Source: Polyangiales bacterium (lineage in GTDB: Bacteria; Myxococcota_A; Polyangia; Polyangiales; JADJQN01). Taken from it: a stretch of DNA of 64,000 nucleotides. The notes under the pieces were generated by a model. The model was given only the letters and a program-made list of their open reading frames with translations. It made no database searches and had not been told where the DNA came from. Location: assembly GCA_964202905.1 (NCBI GenBank), contig CAXNJO010000001.1, forward strand, positions 704,001 to 768,000, given 5' to 3'. Below are positions 12,521 to 22,758 of the stretch, piece by piece. Each line of letters begins with the position of its first letter. The stretch's first letter is position 1. A program made the position numbers and the translations under genes.

Positions 12521-12640
12521 TGTTGCAACGACGTTTCAGCAGTGCCGCGCGCGCGCCCGCATGCGCCGACAAAACAAGGTGAAACGATCGAACCAGCGTT
12601 TCAGCGGCGTTTCAGCGGCGTTGCAGCGACGTGGCCGCGA
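12521..12640. repeat. Intergenic 11-bp repeats (CGTTTCAGCGG-like)
   Basis: Units at 12521, 12532, 12597, 12608, 12619 and 12630, with an inverted GTGAAACG near 12579; between convergent genes. Confidence 0.65.
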
Positions 12641-12647
12641 AGCGCCG

Positions 12648-14222
12648 TCAGGGCGCGACGTCGAGGCGGCGCCAGACGCTCCAGCGGGGGCCGCGGAAGA
12701 CGGGCTCGTAGAGCGTGCGGTCGGCGCCGACGCGCCCCGCGGGGCCGCGCACGAGCACGTACTCGTACCAGGCGAGGTCGCGGCGCGGGTCGACGCGCTC
12801 GGGTGTCCACTCCCAGCGCGGCTCGACACGCGGTGGCCGCCGATCTTCGCGGAAGCGGAACGGCGACTGCGGGAAGTCGGCGAACGTGAACATCACCGCG
12901 CCGCCCTTGTCGGCCTGGTACCAGGCGACGTAGTGGAGGAACGCGGCGAACTTCGTGTGTCGAGAGTGCTTGTCGACGATGAGCCCGGCGACGCGACGCG
13001 CGGGCGGGATCGCGGCGAGCGCGTCGTCGAACTCACCGACCTCCTCGCGCTCGAAGGCCGTGAAGCGCTCGCCCGCCTCCACGAAGCTGAGCACCGACAC
13101 GAGGGTGAGCGCGGCCGCGAGCAGCACACCCGCGGCGCGTCTCGGCGCGGGCAACACGGGCACGGCGAAGAGCAGCGCGAGGAGCGGGAAGCGCGCGCTG
13201 ATCGGCCAGATCCAGTCGTAGCCGGTGGGCGTCACGACGTAGAGCGCGAGGGCGAGCGGCGAGAGCACGGCGAGGCGTCGCGTGAGCGCGCCGCGCAGCG
13301 CGTCCTCGGCGGTGGGCGTGGGCTCGCCTGCGGCGGGTCGCGCGCCGAGCCCCACCGCGAACACGGCGAGCGCGAGCGTCGCGACGAAGAGCTGCGCGTC
13401 GCGCTCGCCCTGGAAGACGTCGGTGACCCAGCCGGGCAGATCGCGGAGCGCCTCGGAGGCCGTCGCGAAGGTGGGTTGCGGGCCCGCGTCGGGCTGGCCG
13501 AGCGCGGCCGTCGTCGTGGCCTGGCCCGCGGGCGAGCGCTGCGCCCAGACGAGCCCTGCGAGCCCTGCGGGCACGAGCGGCGCGAGGCGGAGCACCGACG
13601 CGCGGAGGCCGCCGCCGAGCGCGATCAGGGCCGCGCCGAGGCCGAGGAACGCGAACGGCACGACGTGCGTGTAGAAGATGACGAGCGCGATCGCGGCGAG
13701 CGCGAGGGCCCGGCCGCCCGTCGTGCGCTCACGCAGGCGCACGGCGAGGGCGAGGCCTGCGAGCGCGAGCGGGATCGCGGCGAGGAAGTTGAAGAAGCCG
13801 AGGATCAGGTGCGCGTTGTAGGCGAGCGGCAGCGCGAAGAGCGCGAGCTTCTCGTCGCGTCCGAGCGCGCGGAGCAGGGCGCGGAGCGCGAGCGGTGTGC
13901 CGGCGACGGCCGCGGTCACGAGCACGAGGTTCGCGTGCCGCACGCCGAGCGGGTACGCGAGCAGATCGGCCGTGAGGTAGTACGCGAGGTACTGCGTGCG
14001 CGAGAGCGTCAGCTCGAAGTACGGCGCGAGGCCGAAGGCCGGGTCGTGGAGCGAGTGCAGCACGCGGATGGCCGCGAGGTGCTGCGGGAGGTCCTCGATG
14101 GGCGGGTAGCGGACGAGCCAGAGCGGCACGACCGAGCCCGTGACGAGCGCGAGAAACACGAGCTCGAACGGCCACGCGGCGCGGCCGGCCAGTCTGCGGA
14201 GCTGAGCGGCGGCGCGTTTCAC
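12648..14222 (-). CDS. Polytopic membrane protein, possibly GT-C-type glycosyltransferase-like
   Basis: Many hydrophobic segments, acidic first loop (PPIEDLPQH), soluble C-terminal tail. Confidence 0.65.
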   Translation of the reverse strand: MKRAAAQLRRLAGRAAWPFELVFLALVTGSVVPLWLVRYPPIEDLPQHLAAIRVLHSLHDPAFGLAPYFELTLSRTQYLAYYLTADLLAYPLGVRHANLVLVTAAVAGTPLALRALLRALGRDEKLALFALPLAYNAHLILGFFNFLAAIPLALAGLALAVRLRERTTGGRALALAAIALVIFYTHVVPFAFLGLGAALIALGGGLRASVLRLAPLVPAGLAGLVWAQRSPAGQATTTAALGQPDAGPQPTFATASEALRDLPGWVTDVFQGERDAQLFVATLALAVFAVGLGARPAAGEPTPTAEDALRGALTRRLAVLSPLALALYVVTPTGYDWIWPISARFPLLALLFAVPVLPAPRRAAGVLLAAALTLVSVLSFVEAGERFTAFEREEVGEFDDALAAIPPARRVAGLIVDKHSRHTKFAAFLHYVAWYQADKGGAVMFTFADFPQSPFRFREDRRPPRVEPRWEWTPERVDPRRDLAWYEYVLVRGPAGRVGADRTLYEPVFRGPRWSVWRRLDVAP

Positions 14223-14330
14223 GGGGCCGCGAGCATAGCAGCCGCGCGTCGTGGTCCGCTGCGGGCGCCGGTCTGCGGCGTGGGCCGTGCGTCGCCGCGT
14301 GTGGTCCCTCGCGCGCCGCGGGCGCCGTCG

Positions 14331-15209
14331 CTACTCGAGCGCGTGCCCCGTCGCGAGCCGCGCCGCGCGCAGGTGGTTGCGGAAGCGCAGGCTCCCCGTG
14401 CGCGCGAGCGTCTCGCCGTAGAGCTCTTCGGCGCGCTGCAGATCGCCCGCGAGCCACGTGAGGCCCGCGCGCGCCTCGCCGCTGCGCACGCCGCCCGCGG
14501 CCGCGTACGCGTCGAGCGCGGCGGCGCGCTCCGCGGGGGCGGCAGTGTCGGCGCCGAGCGCGAGCCAGCCGTGGAACGCGCGGCGCTCGACGGGCGCGAG
14601 CTGCCACGTCGCGGCGAGCTGGCAGACGGAGTTCCAGCGCGCCTTGTACAGCGTGCGCAGCACGAAGCGCGGCGCGCGCAGCCGGCCGGCGCGCGTGACG
14701 CCGTAGCGCTCGACGGTGCGCGGAAAGCTGCCGACCACACGGTCGCGCGCCTCGCCGCGCGCGCGCGTCGCGAGCACCCGCTCGAAGTCCGCGACGGCCC
14801 GGGCCCGGAGCGCGAGCACGCCCGCTTCGCCGTGCGCGCGCTCGACGCCGAGCGCGGCGTTCCCGAGGCGCACGAAGCGCTCGCGGGCGTCGTTCGGCGT
14901 CTCGCCGGTGCCGACCTCCGCGAGGCCCTGCGCCGCGACGAGCTCCGTCAGCGCGCCGGCGGTCGCGTCCGTGGGCGCGCGGGATGCGGCGCGCGCGTCA
15001 TCGGCCTGCACGCGCGCGATCTGCGCAGGGTCGAGCACGAGCCCCGGCAGCTCACGCGGCTCGACCGCGCGGGGCAGTGCGAGGAGGGTGCCCGCGGCGC
15101 CGACGGCGGCGGCGAAGAGGATGACGCCGAGGCGCGTCGGCGAGAGGCGGCGCGGTGTGGCCGCAGCCGCCGCAGCCGGCGGGGCCGTCTTGACTTGGTG
15201 GGGGGTCAA
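14331..15209 (-). CDS. Hypothetical membrane-anchored protein with helical/TPR-like C-terminus
   Basis: 292-aa ORF with one N-terminal hydrophobic segment and an Ala-rich helical remainder. Confidence 0.6.
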   Translation of the reverse strand: MTPHQVKTAPPAAAAAATPRRLSPTRLGVILFAAAVGAAGTLLALPRAVEPRELPGLVLDPAQIARVQADDARAASRAPTDATAGALTELVAAQGLAEVGTGETPNDARERFVRLGNAALGVERAHGEAGVLALRARAVADFERVLATRARGEARDRVVGSFPRTVERYGVTRAGRLRAPRFVLRTLYKARWNSVCQLAATWQLAPVERRAFHGWLALGADTAAPAERAAALDAYAAAGGVRSGEARAGLTWLAGDLQRAEELYGETLARTGSLRFRNHLRAARLATGHALE

Positions 15210-15247
15210 AGGTAGACGCCGGGTCCCTTCCGAGCGGAGCGTACACC

Positions 15248-15562
15248 GTGACTGGTCAGCGCGTACACGAGCGGTTCCCCATCCGAATCCCCGTGACGGT
15301 CGTCCACGAAGGGCGGTCCTTCGAGGCCGAGACCCGCAACCTCAGCCTCGGCGGCGCGTTCGTGGCGCTCGCGAGCGACGTCCCCTTCGGCGCCATCGTG
15401 CGCGCGCGGCTCCGTGTGCCCGCGTCGTCCGAACTCATCGACGTCGAGTCGACCGTGCGCTGGAAGCAGGCGGATGGACTCGGTCTCCAGTTCGGCAGCC
15501 TGCGCGCGCTCGAGACCTGGGCGCTCAACCAGCTCTTCAAGGCGCACGCCGCGGGCGGCTGA
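15248..15562 (+). CDS. Stand-alone PilZ domain protein (c-di-GMP receptor)
   Basis: RxxxR (RVHER) and NxSxGG (NLSLGG) motifs; ends in VRW...GLGLQF. Confidence 0.9.
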   Translation: MTGQRVHERFPIRIPVTVVHEGRSFEAETRNLSLGGAFVALASDVPFGAIVRARLRVPASSELIDVESTVRWKQADGLGLQFGSLRALETWALNQLFKAHAAGG

Positions 15563-15577
15563 GCGGCCTCGCCGCCT

Positions 15578-15803
15578 GCGCGTGAAACACGGTGTCGCCC
15601 GCGCGTGAAACACCGTGTCCCCCACGCGTGAAACACGGTGTCGCCTGCGCGTGAAACACCGTGTCGCCCGCGCGTGAAACATCGTGTCGCCCGCGCGTGA
15701 AACATCGTGTCGCCGCGGCGTGAAACACGGTGTCGCGGCGGCGTGACACGCGCTGCCGTGGTGGCGTGAAACGGGTGTCGCGGGGTCGTGAAACGCGGTG
15801 TCC
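15578..15803. repeat. Intergenic tandem array of ~10 x 23-bp units (GCGCGTGAAACACGGTGTCGCCC)
   Basis: Units start at 15578, 15601, 15624, 15647, 15670, 15693, 15716, 15739, 15762 and ~15784 and degenerate towards the right; no spacers. Confidence 0.92.
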
Positions 15804-15815
15804 GATCGGCGCGCC

Positions 15816-18107
15816 TCAGTCGCCGACCTGCAGGCCGAGCGTGACGCCGAGCATGCCGCCGTCGTCGAAGTACGCGCCCTGCAGACCGATCGAGAGGCGC
15901 TCGGTCGGGCGCACCTCGCCGGTCACGTAGAAGCCCACGCGGTCGTCGATCCAGCGGCCGGTCGCGGGGTAGGTGACGACGCCGAGCCCGTAGCGGAACT
16001 GCACGTCCTCCATGTGCCGGACCATCGCGCCGTGCGCCGCGAGCATCCCGACGAGGCCGAGGCGGAAGGTCGTCGGGCCGAGCAGCGCGCCCGCGTCGAG
16101 GTAGCCCACCTCGAGGCCGAGCACCGGGAAGCCCGCGCGCAGGTGCCCGCCGACGCGCACGCGCAGGCGCTCCTCGACGACGCGCGGCAGGCCGTCGACG
16201 CGCGTCGCGGTCGAGAGCAGATCGCCGTAGAGCGCGAGGCCCGCGGCGAAGCGCGGCTCCTCGAGCTCGACCCAGGCCGTCGCGAAGCCGCCGCGCTCGT
16301 CGAGGTGCGTTCGGAGCGGCTCACCGACCACCGCGCGCGTCGTCGCCGCGATGAGCGCGCCTGCGCTCGCGCCGACCCCGAGTGTCCACGGGCCGCCGCC
16401 GAGCGGGCGCCGCGCGGCGTAGCGGAGCCAGCCGCCGAAGCCCTGCCGATCGAAGAGCGTGCTCGCGCCGCCGCAGCCGTCGATGACGACGTAGGACGTC
16501 GCGCCGCCCGCGAGCGCGAGGCCGACCCAGTGGCGGAAGTCGTGCCGCTCGGCGGCGTCGCGCGCGTCGGCGGGTGCCTCGAGTTCGCGCGGGAGCGTGT
16601 CCGTCGCGGGGGCGTCGGGGAGGGCGGGGAGCGACTCGGTGGCCGGGGCGTCGGGGATCGGCGGGAGCGTGCTCGCCGCGTGATCGTCGGGGGCCGGCCC
16701 GCTCGCGGGGGGCGGATCGGTGGGCGTGGCGAGCCCGAGGGCGCGGCGGCGCGCGCGCAGCGCCGCGAGCGGATCGCCGAGCGTACCGAGGCGCACGAGC
16801 AGCGCGCGGCGGTGATCGACCTCGTAGACCCAGCTGCGGCGCTCGTCGCGGCGCGGGGTCGCGCGCGGTCCATCGGCGCGCGCACCGTCGGGCTCGAAGG
16901 CGCGCGCGAGCACTGCGCCGAGCGGGATCGCGGCGAGCGCGAGCGCGACGAGCGGGGCGCCGAGCGCGGACAGTGCGCGCAGCGCCGCGGCGCGTGGAAA
17001 CGGGCGGATTCGCGTCGGACAGGGGCGCGTCGGCGACGCCGAGATGGGATGTGAAGAGGGGATGTCCGGCGAGGAGGGGATGGGCCGCGATGTGGGGATT
17101 CGCGGCCAGAATCCGATTGGGAGCGAAGAGGGCATCGGCAGCGCAGGCGCCGCGGCGAGCAGCGTCAGCACGTGGAGCTGGTGGAGAAACGGTGTCTGCG
17201 CGCCGTCCACGAGGACGCCTGCGAGCCACGCAGCGCCGAACACCGCCCAGCCCGCGCGCGTCGCGTCGTGCGCTGGGGTGACCGGCACCGCGTGCGGCGT
17301 GGCCGCGTCGTGCGAGGCCGCGTCGTGCGAGGCCGCGTCGTGCGTGGCCGTGCCGTCGTGCGCCGCGCGTCGGGCGCGTCGCTCGAGCACGAGGGCCGCG
17401 CCGAGCAGACCGAGCGCGCCGAGCGCGAACGCGCCCTGCAGCCGATCGAGCCCGGCGACCGCGCCGAGCTTCGCCCACCAGACGTTGATCATCGCGCGTG
17501 TGCCGTCGATCCCCGCGCGCACCGCGAGGTCGAAGGCGCCGGTCAGCGCGAGCACCGCGCCCTCCGAGCGCAGGCGCCGCGCGAGGGCGCCGAGCAGCGG
17601 TATCCAGAGCAGGAGGGCGAGCGACTCGTAGAGCGGAGAGGGGTGCACGCCGAGGCTCGTCGGCGCGTCCGAAGCGATGTGCCCGAGCGCGAGGTGCAGC
17701 GCGAAGGCGGCGGTGCCCGCCTCGTGGTGCACGGCCCAGGGCAGCGCGGTGGGCGTGCCGAAGCAGCAGCCCGCGACGAGGCAGCCGATGCGTCCCACGG
17801 CGACGATCAGGGTGAGCCCGAGCGCGAGCGCGACGAGCGGCGGGCGTCGCAACCCGAGCGCGCGCTGGGCCACGAGCCACGCGCCGACTCCCCCCGCGAG
17901 CGCGCCGATCACGCTCGGCAGGAGCGCGGCGCCGACCGAGGCGCCCGCGCCGAGCGCTGCCGTCGTGAGCAGCGCGTGGCGCCAACGCCAGCCGCGGCGC
18001 AGCCCCGCGCCGAACAGCGCGGCGACGAGCAGCGCCACCGGGAGCCGCCCGAAGATCGTCCACGCGTCGGGGTGCAGCGCGCTGCGCGCGAGGTCGGACC
18101 AGCTCAT
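15816..18107 (-). CDS. Lgt (prolipoprotein diacylglyceryl transferase)-like membrane domain fused to a C-terminal beta-strand-rich (barrel-like) domain
   Basis: GRIGCLVAGCCFGTPTALPWAV and HPSPLYES match Lgt-family motifs; AAAGGAG RBS before ATG 18107; C-terminal ~230 aa show alternating hydrophobic strands. Confidence 0.7.
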   Translation of the reverse strand: MSWSDLARSALHPDAWTIFGRLPVALLVAALFGAGLRRGWRWRHALLTTAALGAGASVGAALLPSVIGALAGGVGAWLVAQRALGLRRPPLVALALGLTLIVAVGRIGCLVAGCCFGTPTALPWAVHHEAGTAAFALHLALGHIASDAPTSLGVHPSPLYESLALLLWIPLLGALARRLRSEGAVLALTGAFDLAVRAGIDGTRAMINVWWAKLGAVAGLDRLQGAFALGALGLLGAALVLERRARRAAHDGTATHDAASHDAASHDAATPHAVPVTPAHDATRAGWAVFGAAWLAGVLVDGAQTPFLHQLHVLTLLAAAPALPMPSSLPIGFWPRIPTSRPIPSSPDIPSSHPISASPTRPCPTRIRPFPRAAALRALSALGAPLVALALAAIPLGAVLARAFEPDGARADGPRATPRRDERRSWVYEVDHRRALLVRLGTLGDPLAALRARRRALGLATPTDPPPASGPAPDDHAASTLPPIPDAPATESLPALPDAPATDTLPRELEAPADARDAAERHDFRHWVGLALAGGATSYVVIDGCGGASTLFDRQGFGGWLRYAARRPLGGGPWTLGVGASAGALIAATTRAVVGEPLRTHLDERGGFATAWVELEEPRFAAGLALYGDLLSTATRVDGLPRVVEERLRVRVGGHLRAGFPVLGLEVGYLDAGALLGPTTFRLGLVGMLAAHGAMVRHMEDVQFRYGLGVVTYPATGRWIDDRVGFYVTGEVRPTERLSIGLQGAYFDDGGMLGVTLGLQVGD

Positions 18108-18276
18108 CGCAGCTCCTTTTGGCTCACGGCGAGGATACGTCCAACGCAGCCGCGCCTGCGCCGACATCCACGCTCGGACTGCCGCCGATCGTGCGTCGAC
18201 GAGGGTGGGCAGTGTCTCGCAAGATGATGATCCAACGCGGTTTTTCGGCGGCCTGCGCGGGATGCATGGGAGTCCG

Positions 18277-20935
18277 TCAGGGGTGCGCCGAGAAGCCGCC
18301 GTCGATCCCGACGAGGCCCGCGCCGCGCACGGTGATCGTCACGTCCACCGCGCGTCCGGCCGCGTGCGGCGTCGCGATCGTGCGGTGTTCGACGCGCGTG
18401 CTCGACGCGCTCGGTACGTCGAACGTGTCGTGTCGCGCGCCGTCGATCGCGACCTCCACCGTGACGCCGCCGCGCTGACCGTCGGGCACGGCCCAGTCGA
18501 GGGTGAGCGTCGGGCCGCCCGCCACGCGTCTCCAGGTGGCGCTGCGCGGCTGACGTGCGCCCGTCGGCGCGAGCAGGAAGAGCGGCACGCGCGCGCCGCC
18601 GACGCGCGGTGGATCGCTGGTCGCGAGTCCGCTCAGGGCCTGCGTGCCGACGTCGAGGTGGCTGCACTCCCACGAGAGGTGCTCCCACGCGAGGAAGTCG
18701 CACGGCACGTCGCCCGCGCGCACGTCGGCGAGGCGCACGCCGCGCGGCGTCGCGAAGCGGAGGGGCGCGTCCGATTCGGTGTGCAGGCGCACCGCGCCCG
18801 CGACGAGGAGCGCCGTGACGAGCGCGGCGCCGAGGGCGAGCGCACGTCGCGGACGCAGCGCCGCGAGGCCGCGCGCGAGGGCCGAGAGCGTGGCCGCGGC
18901 GGGCAGCGCGAGGGCGAGCGCGACGAGCGGCGAGGCGGCGAGCGTGGGCGCCGCGGAGGTCGAGGCGGCGAGCGCCTGTGCGGGCCGTGTGAGCGCACCC
19001 GCGACGACGAGCGCCGTGAGCGCGAGCATGGCCGCGCCCGTGCGCGCCTCGCGGCGGAGCGCGACGACGAGGCCGGGCAGCGCGAGCACGAGGAGCGGCA
19101 CGAGCGCGCGCGTCGGACCGGGCTGCGCGATGAGCGCGCGCCCGAACCCTGCGGCGCGCGCCGCGGCGTCGAGGGCGGTGTCGCTGGTCGCGGGGCGGGG
19201 CACGTCGGCGCCGACGACGAGCGCGATCGCTCCGAGCGCCGCGAGCGCCGCGCCGCCGTGGGCCCAGCCCTCGCGCGCGCCCTGCGCCGGCGCGCGGTGC
19301 GAGCGCGACGAGCGCGACGGCGACGGCCGCGCAGAGCGCCGCGGCGAGGCCTGCGCCGCCTGCGCCGTGCGGGTCCCCGCGCAGGTGCACGAGCGCGTCG
19401 CGCATCCCCGGCAGCGCGAGCGGGATGAGCGCGGCGGTGGCCGCGGCCGCGGGCTCCGCGACCTTCGCGAGCGCGGCGGACGTCGCGGCGGCGAGCAGCG
19501 CCGCGAGCACGAAGCGCGCGCCCACATCGCCCTCGAGCATGGGCATCCCGTGCGCCCCGGCGCGCGTCAGCGCGAGCCAGCCGAGCGCGAGCGCGAACAC
19601 GGATGCGGGCACGGCGAGCCCGCGCGCGTGCCTCGGGGCGTGCAGCGATCGCACGAACGCCTGAAAAAACAAGGCGATGCGGCCATCGGCGCCCCGCGCG
19701 AATCCGTCGCGCAGGCCCCGCGCGAGCGTGCGCGCCGCGCCCGGGAGCCGCGCGCCGAACGCGCTCGCGAGCTCCAGCGACACCGCGAGCGCGGGCGCGA
19801 GGAAGCCGAGCGCGAGCCAGTGAAAGCGATCGCCCTCGAACACGTACTTCGCGAAGACGAGCAGGCTCGCGGCGGAGAGACCGAGGGCCGACGCGGCGTA
19901 CGCGGGCCGACGCGCGCAGAGCACGAGCAGGCCCGGCGCGGCGAGCGCGAACACCGCCGCGCGCTGCCGCAGCCCGTAGCCGCCGCGCCACGTGCGCCGC
20001 AATCCATCGCCGAGCGGGTGCGCGAAGGAGCCCGCGTTGTCGACGATCTGCGGCACGCCGTGCACGACCGCGAGGATGCGGTTGTAGCCCGTGAGCCAGG
20101 GCCGCCCGAACATCGCCCAGTTCACGAGCGCGCCCGCGACGAGCACGGCCGTGCCCCCGGCGAGCGCGCCCCCGAGCGCCCGCCACGCGAGCGCCCGCCA
20201 CGCGAAGGCCCCGCGCGCGTGCAGACGCGGGGAGGCGAGCAGCACCGCGCCGACGGGCGGCAGCAGCATCAGCGCCGTCGGCCGCATGAGCACCACGGCC
20301 CCGAGCAGCAGGCCGGCGGCGAACCCGCGCGTCTCCACGGCGCATGCCATCGCAGAGAGTCCCATCGCGAGGAGCAGCGGATCGACCTGATAGTCGTACA
20401 TCGTCTCGCGCGCCCCGGTCAGCCAGAGCAGCGCGAGCGCGGCGAGGGCGCTCGGTGCGGGCCCCGCGAAGGCGCGCGCGAAGCGGTACGCGAAGAGCCC
20501 CGCCGTGCCGTAGACGAGCGCGTTGAAGACGAGCGTGCCGAGCAGCCCGAGCGCCGCGAGCAGCGGCAGCGTCAGCAGCGGGAGGATCCACGTGTGCTTC
20601 GGGTAGAACTCGCCGCGCGCGCCGAGGGCGATGTTGCTCCAGCCCACGTCGAGCTCGCGGTTCCAGCCGAGCGTCCCCGAGTACCAGCTCCGCGCGAACG
20701 GCTGCTCGAGGCTCCCGCGCTCGAGCAGCGTCGTGCCGATGTTCACGTAGAAGCGCCCGTCGCGCTGGATCCACGTGCTCGGCACGTACAGCGCGGCCGC
20801 CTCGCACGCGACGAGCAGGCAGGCGAAGAGCCCGATCGCCCACGCGGCGCGCCGATCGTCCGCGCGGTGCGGGGAGGCACCCGGGGAGCGCGACGCAGCG
20901 GGGGACGGGACGGGCCGGAAGCGCGAGCGGAACAT
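18277..20935 (-). CDS. Large polytopic membrane protein, GT-C/ArnT-like, frameshifted near 19295
   Basis: N-terminal part in ORF 18104-20935 (QRDGRFY loop, many TM segments); continues in the 18277-19527 frame (GWAHGGAALAALG...) to a soluble C-terminal domain. Confidence 0.6.
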
Positions 20936-21033
20936 CGTCTCCGGGGACGCCGTGCTCCTGCAGGCGCGAGCGACGGGTCACGCTAGGCTGCGCCTCGCGG
21001 CCCTGTCAAGCAGCGCACACGCCCGCTCCACCC

Positions 21034-21735
21034 ATGCCCGCCGACACGCTCACCCCCACCGTCCGTGTTCGCTATTTCGCCGCCGCGCGGGATCTCGCCG
21101 GCTGCGCCGAAGAGCCCTTCGTGCTCGACCCCGACACGCGCACCGCGGGCGCGCTGCTCGCGCACGTCTATGCGCGCCACCCCGCGCTCGCCCCGCACGC
21201 CGCGAAGCTGCGCGTCGCGCTCGACGGCGAGCTTTGTGACCTCGACGCGCCCCTCGCTGCCGGCAGCGAACTCGTCTTGCTCCCGCCTGTCGCGGGCGGG
21301 GCTCCCGCCTCCGCGCGCGTCCGTCGCGCTGAACTCAGCACAGCGCCGCTCTCCCTCGACCTCTGCGTGCGCGACGTCTCGCACCCGGCCGCAGGCGGAA
21401 TCGCCACCTTTCTCGGCGTCGTGCGCGACCACGCCGATGGCCTCGCCGTCACGCGCCTCGACTACGAAGCCTGGACGGAGCGCGCCGCCCCCATGCTCCG
21501 CCGCGTCCTCGAGACCGTCGCCGAATCGCATCCCGGCGCCTGGCTCTCGGCGCAGCACCGCACGGGCTCGCTCACCATCGGCGACACCGCCGTCGTCGTC
21601 GCCGCCTCCGCCCCGCATCGCGCAGAAGCCTTTGCCGCCTGCCGCGCCGCCATCGATCTGCTCAAGGCCACGGTGCCCATCTGGAAACGCGAGTGGACGC
21701 CCGATGGCGAAGCCCGTTGGGTCGGGTGGGAGTGA
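21034..21735 (+). CDS. moaX: Fused molybdopterin synthase MoaD-MoaE (MoaX-like)
   Basis: MoaD part VRYFAAARD...LLPPVAGG followed in frame by MoaE motifs GGIATFLGVVRDH, LDYEA, HRTGSL, SAPHR, LKATVPIWKRE. Confidence 0.92.
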   Translation: MPADTLTPTVRVRYFAAARDLAGCAEEPFVLDPDTRTAGALLAHVYARHPALAPHAAKLRVALDGELCDLDAPLAAGSELVLLPPVAGGAPASARVRRAELSTAPLSLDLCVRDVSHPAAGGIATFLGVVRDHADGLAVTRLDYEAWTERAAPMLRRVLETVAESHPGAWLSAQHRTGSLTIGDTAVVVAASAPHRAEAFAACRAAIDLLKATVPIWKREWTPDGEARWVGWE

Positions 21736-22139
21736 CGACACACCGCCTCTTCGTGCTCGACGGTGGCGGCGCGCTCGTGTCGGCGCTGCTGCTCGGTGTG
21801 GTGCTGCCGCCGCACGCGGACTGGTTTGGCGCGGCACCCTGGGCGCTGCGCGTGCTCGCGGCGTACGCGCTCGTTCTCGTCGTCGTGGACGGGATTGGTG
21901 TATTCGGCCGCGTGGTGGACACGACGCGCGCGCTGCGCGTCATCGCATGCGGGAACGTCGGATATCTGCTCTTCACGGGAGCCGTGCTGGCGAGCGATGG
22001 CGTCCCGCTCAGCGCCTGGGGCGTGCTGTACCTCGCAGGGGAAGCGGCCATCGTCGGCGCGCTCGTCGTGTTCCAACTGCGTGCAGCGCATGGGGAGTCG
22101 CCTCCCGTCGCCGCGAATCACGGCGGAGTGCAACGCTGA
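21732..22139 (+). CDS. Small membrane protein (~4 TM)
   Basis: GTG overlaps the moaX stop (GTGA); hydrophobic helices; LFVLDGGGALVSA start. Confidence 0.65.
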   Translation: MTTHRLFVLDGGGALVSALLLGVVLPPHADWFGAAPWALRVLAAYALVLVVVDGIGVFGRVVDTTRALRVIACGNVGYLLFTGAVLASDGVPLSAWGVLYLAGEAAIVGALVVFQLRAAHGESPPVAANHGGVQR

Positions 22140-22266
22140 TAGAGGGACATAGTTCGTCCCTCCTGCGACGCATTCTCTCCCTCGTCCAAAGCATTGCTGC
22201 GCACGTGATCGGCAGTCGGTCGCGGCGCGATGCGTGGGTGACGCGCATGGCGCGAGGAGGGTTGCG

Positions 22267-22758
22267 ATGAGCGAGGAATCGAGCGGTTCGCGCGCGGTCG
22301 AAGGGCCGGGAGCCCCAGAGGTGGACTGCGCGTGTACGTATTGCTGTGCGTACTACGCGGAGGCGGAGATCGTCGAGTTCATCTCGGAGGGCGGTGAGCC
22401 GCTCTGTCCGCGCTGCGGGATCGACAGCGTGATTCGCGCACGGGAGCGCGGGGGCGTGCTGCCCGACGAGGCGGAGCTGCGCCGGCATCGGGCAGCGGGA
22501 TTCTGCATCCCTGAAGACGAGCCGATCGTGCCGATCGTCCGCATCCGCTGGAACAAGGTCTTCGCGTCGATGGACGCGCGCGCCGCGGGCGGGATGGGCG
22601 AGATCGACGAGGAGACCTGCCGCATGGCGATGGCCGAGATGTCCTCGATGGTCGGCGACGACTCGGACGACGGTGGCGAGGGCGCTGACGAGGGGGTTGC
22701 TGGCGACGACGGCGTGGCCGCTCTCGACTCCACCGACGCGGGGGGTGCGCATGAATGA
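22267..22758 (+). CDS. Small Cys-rich, probably Zn-binding protein
   Basis: GAGGAGG RBS; CACTYCC...LCPRCGIDSVI motif; acidic tail. Confidence 0.65.
   Translation: MSEESSGSRAVEGPGAPEVDCACTYCCAYYAEAEIVEFISEGGEPLCPRCGIDSVIRARERGGVLPDEAELRRHRAAGFCIPEDEPIVPIVRIRWNKVFASMDARAAGGMGEIDEETCRMAMAEMSSMVGDDSDDGGEGADEGVAGDDGVAALDSTDAGGAHE

Noticed and set aside
15578..15803. CRISPR array or true parS cluster
   Set aside because: Units are contiguous with no unique spacers, no cas genes are present, and only half of the parS palindrome is present.
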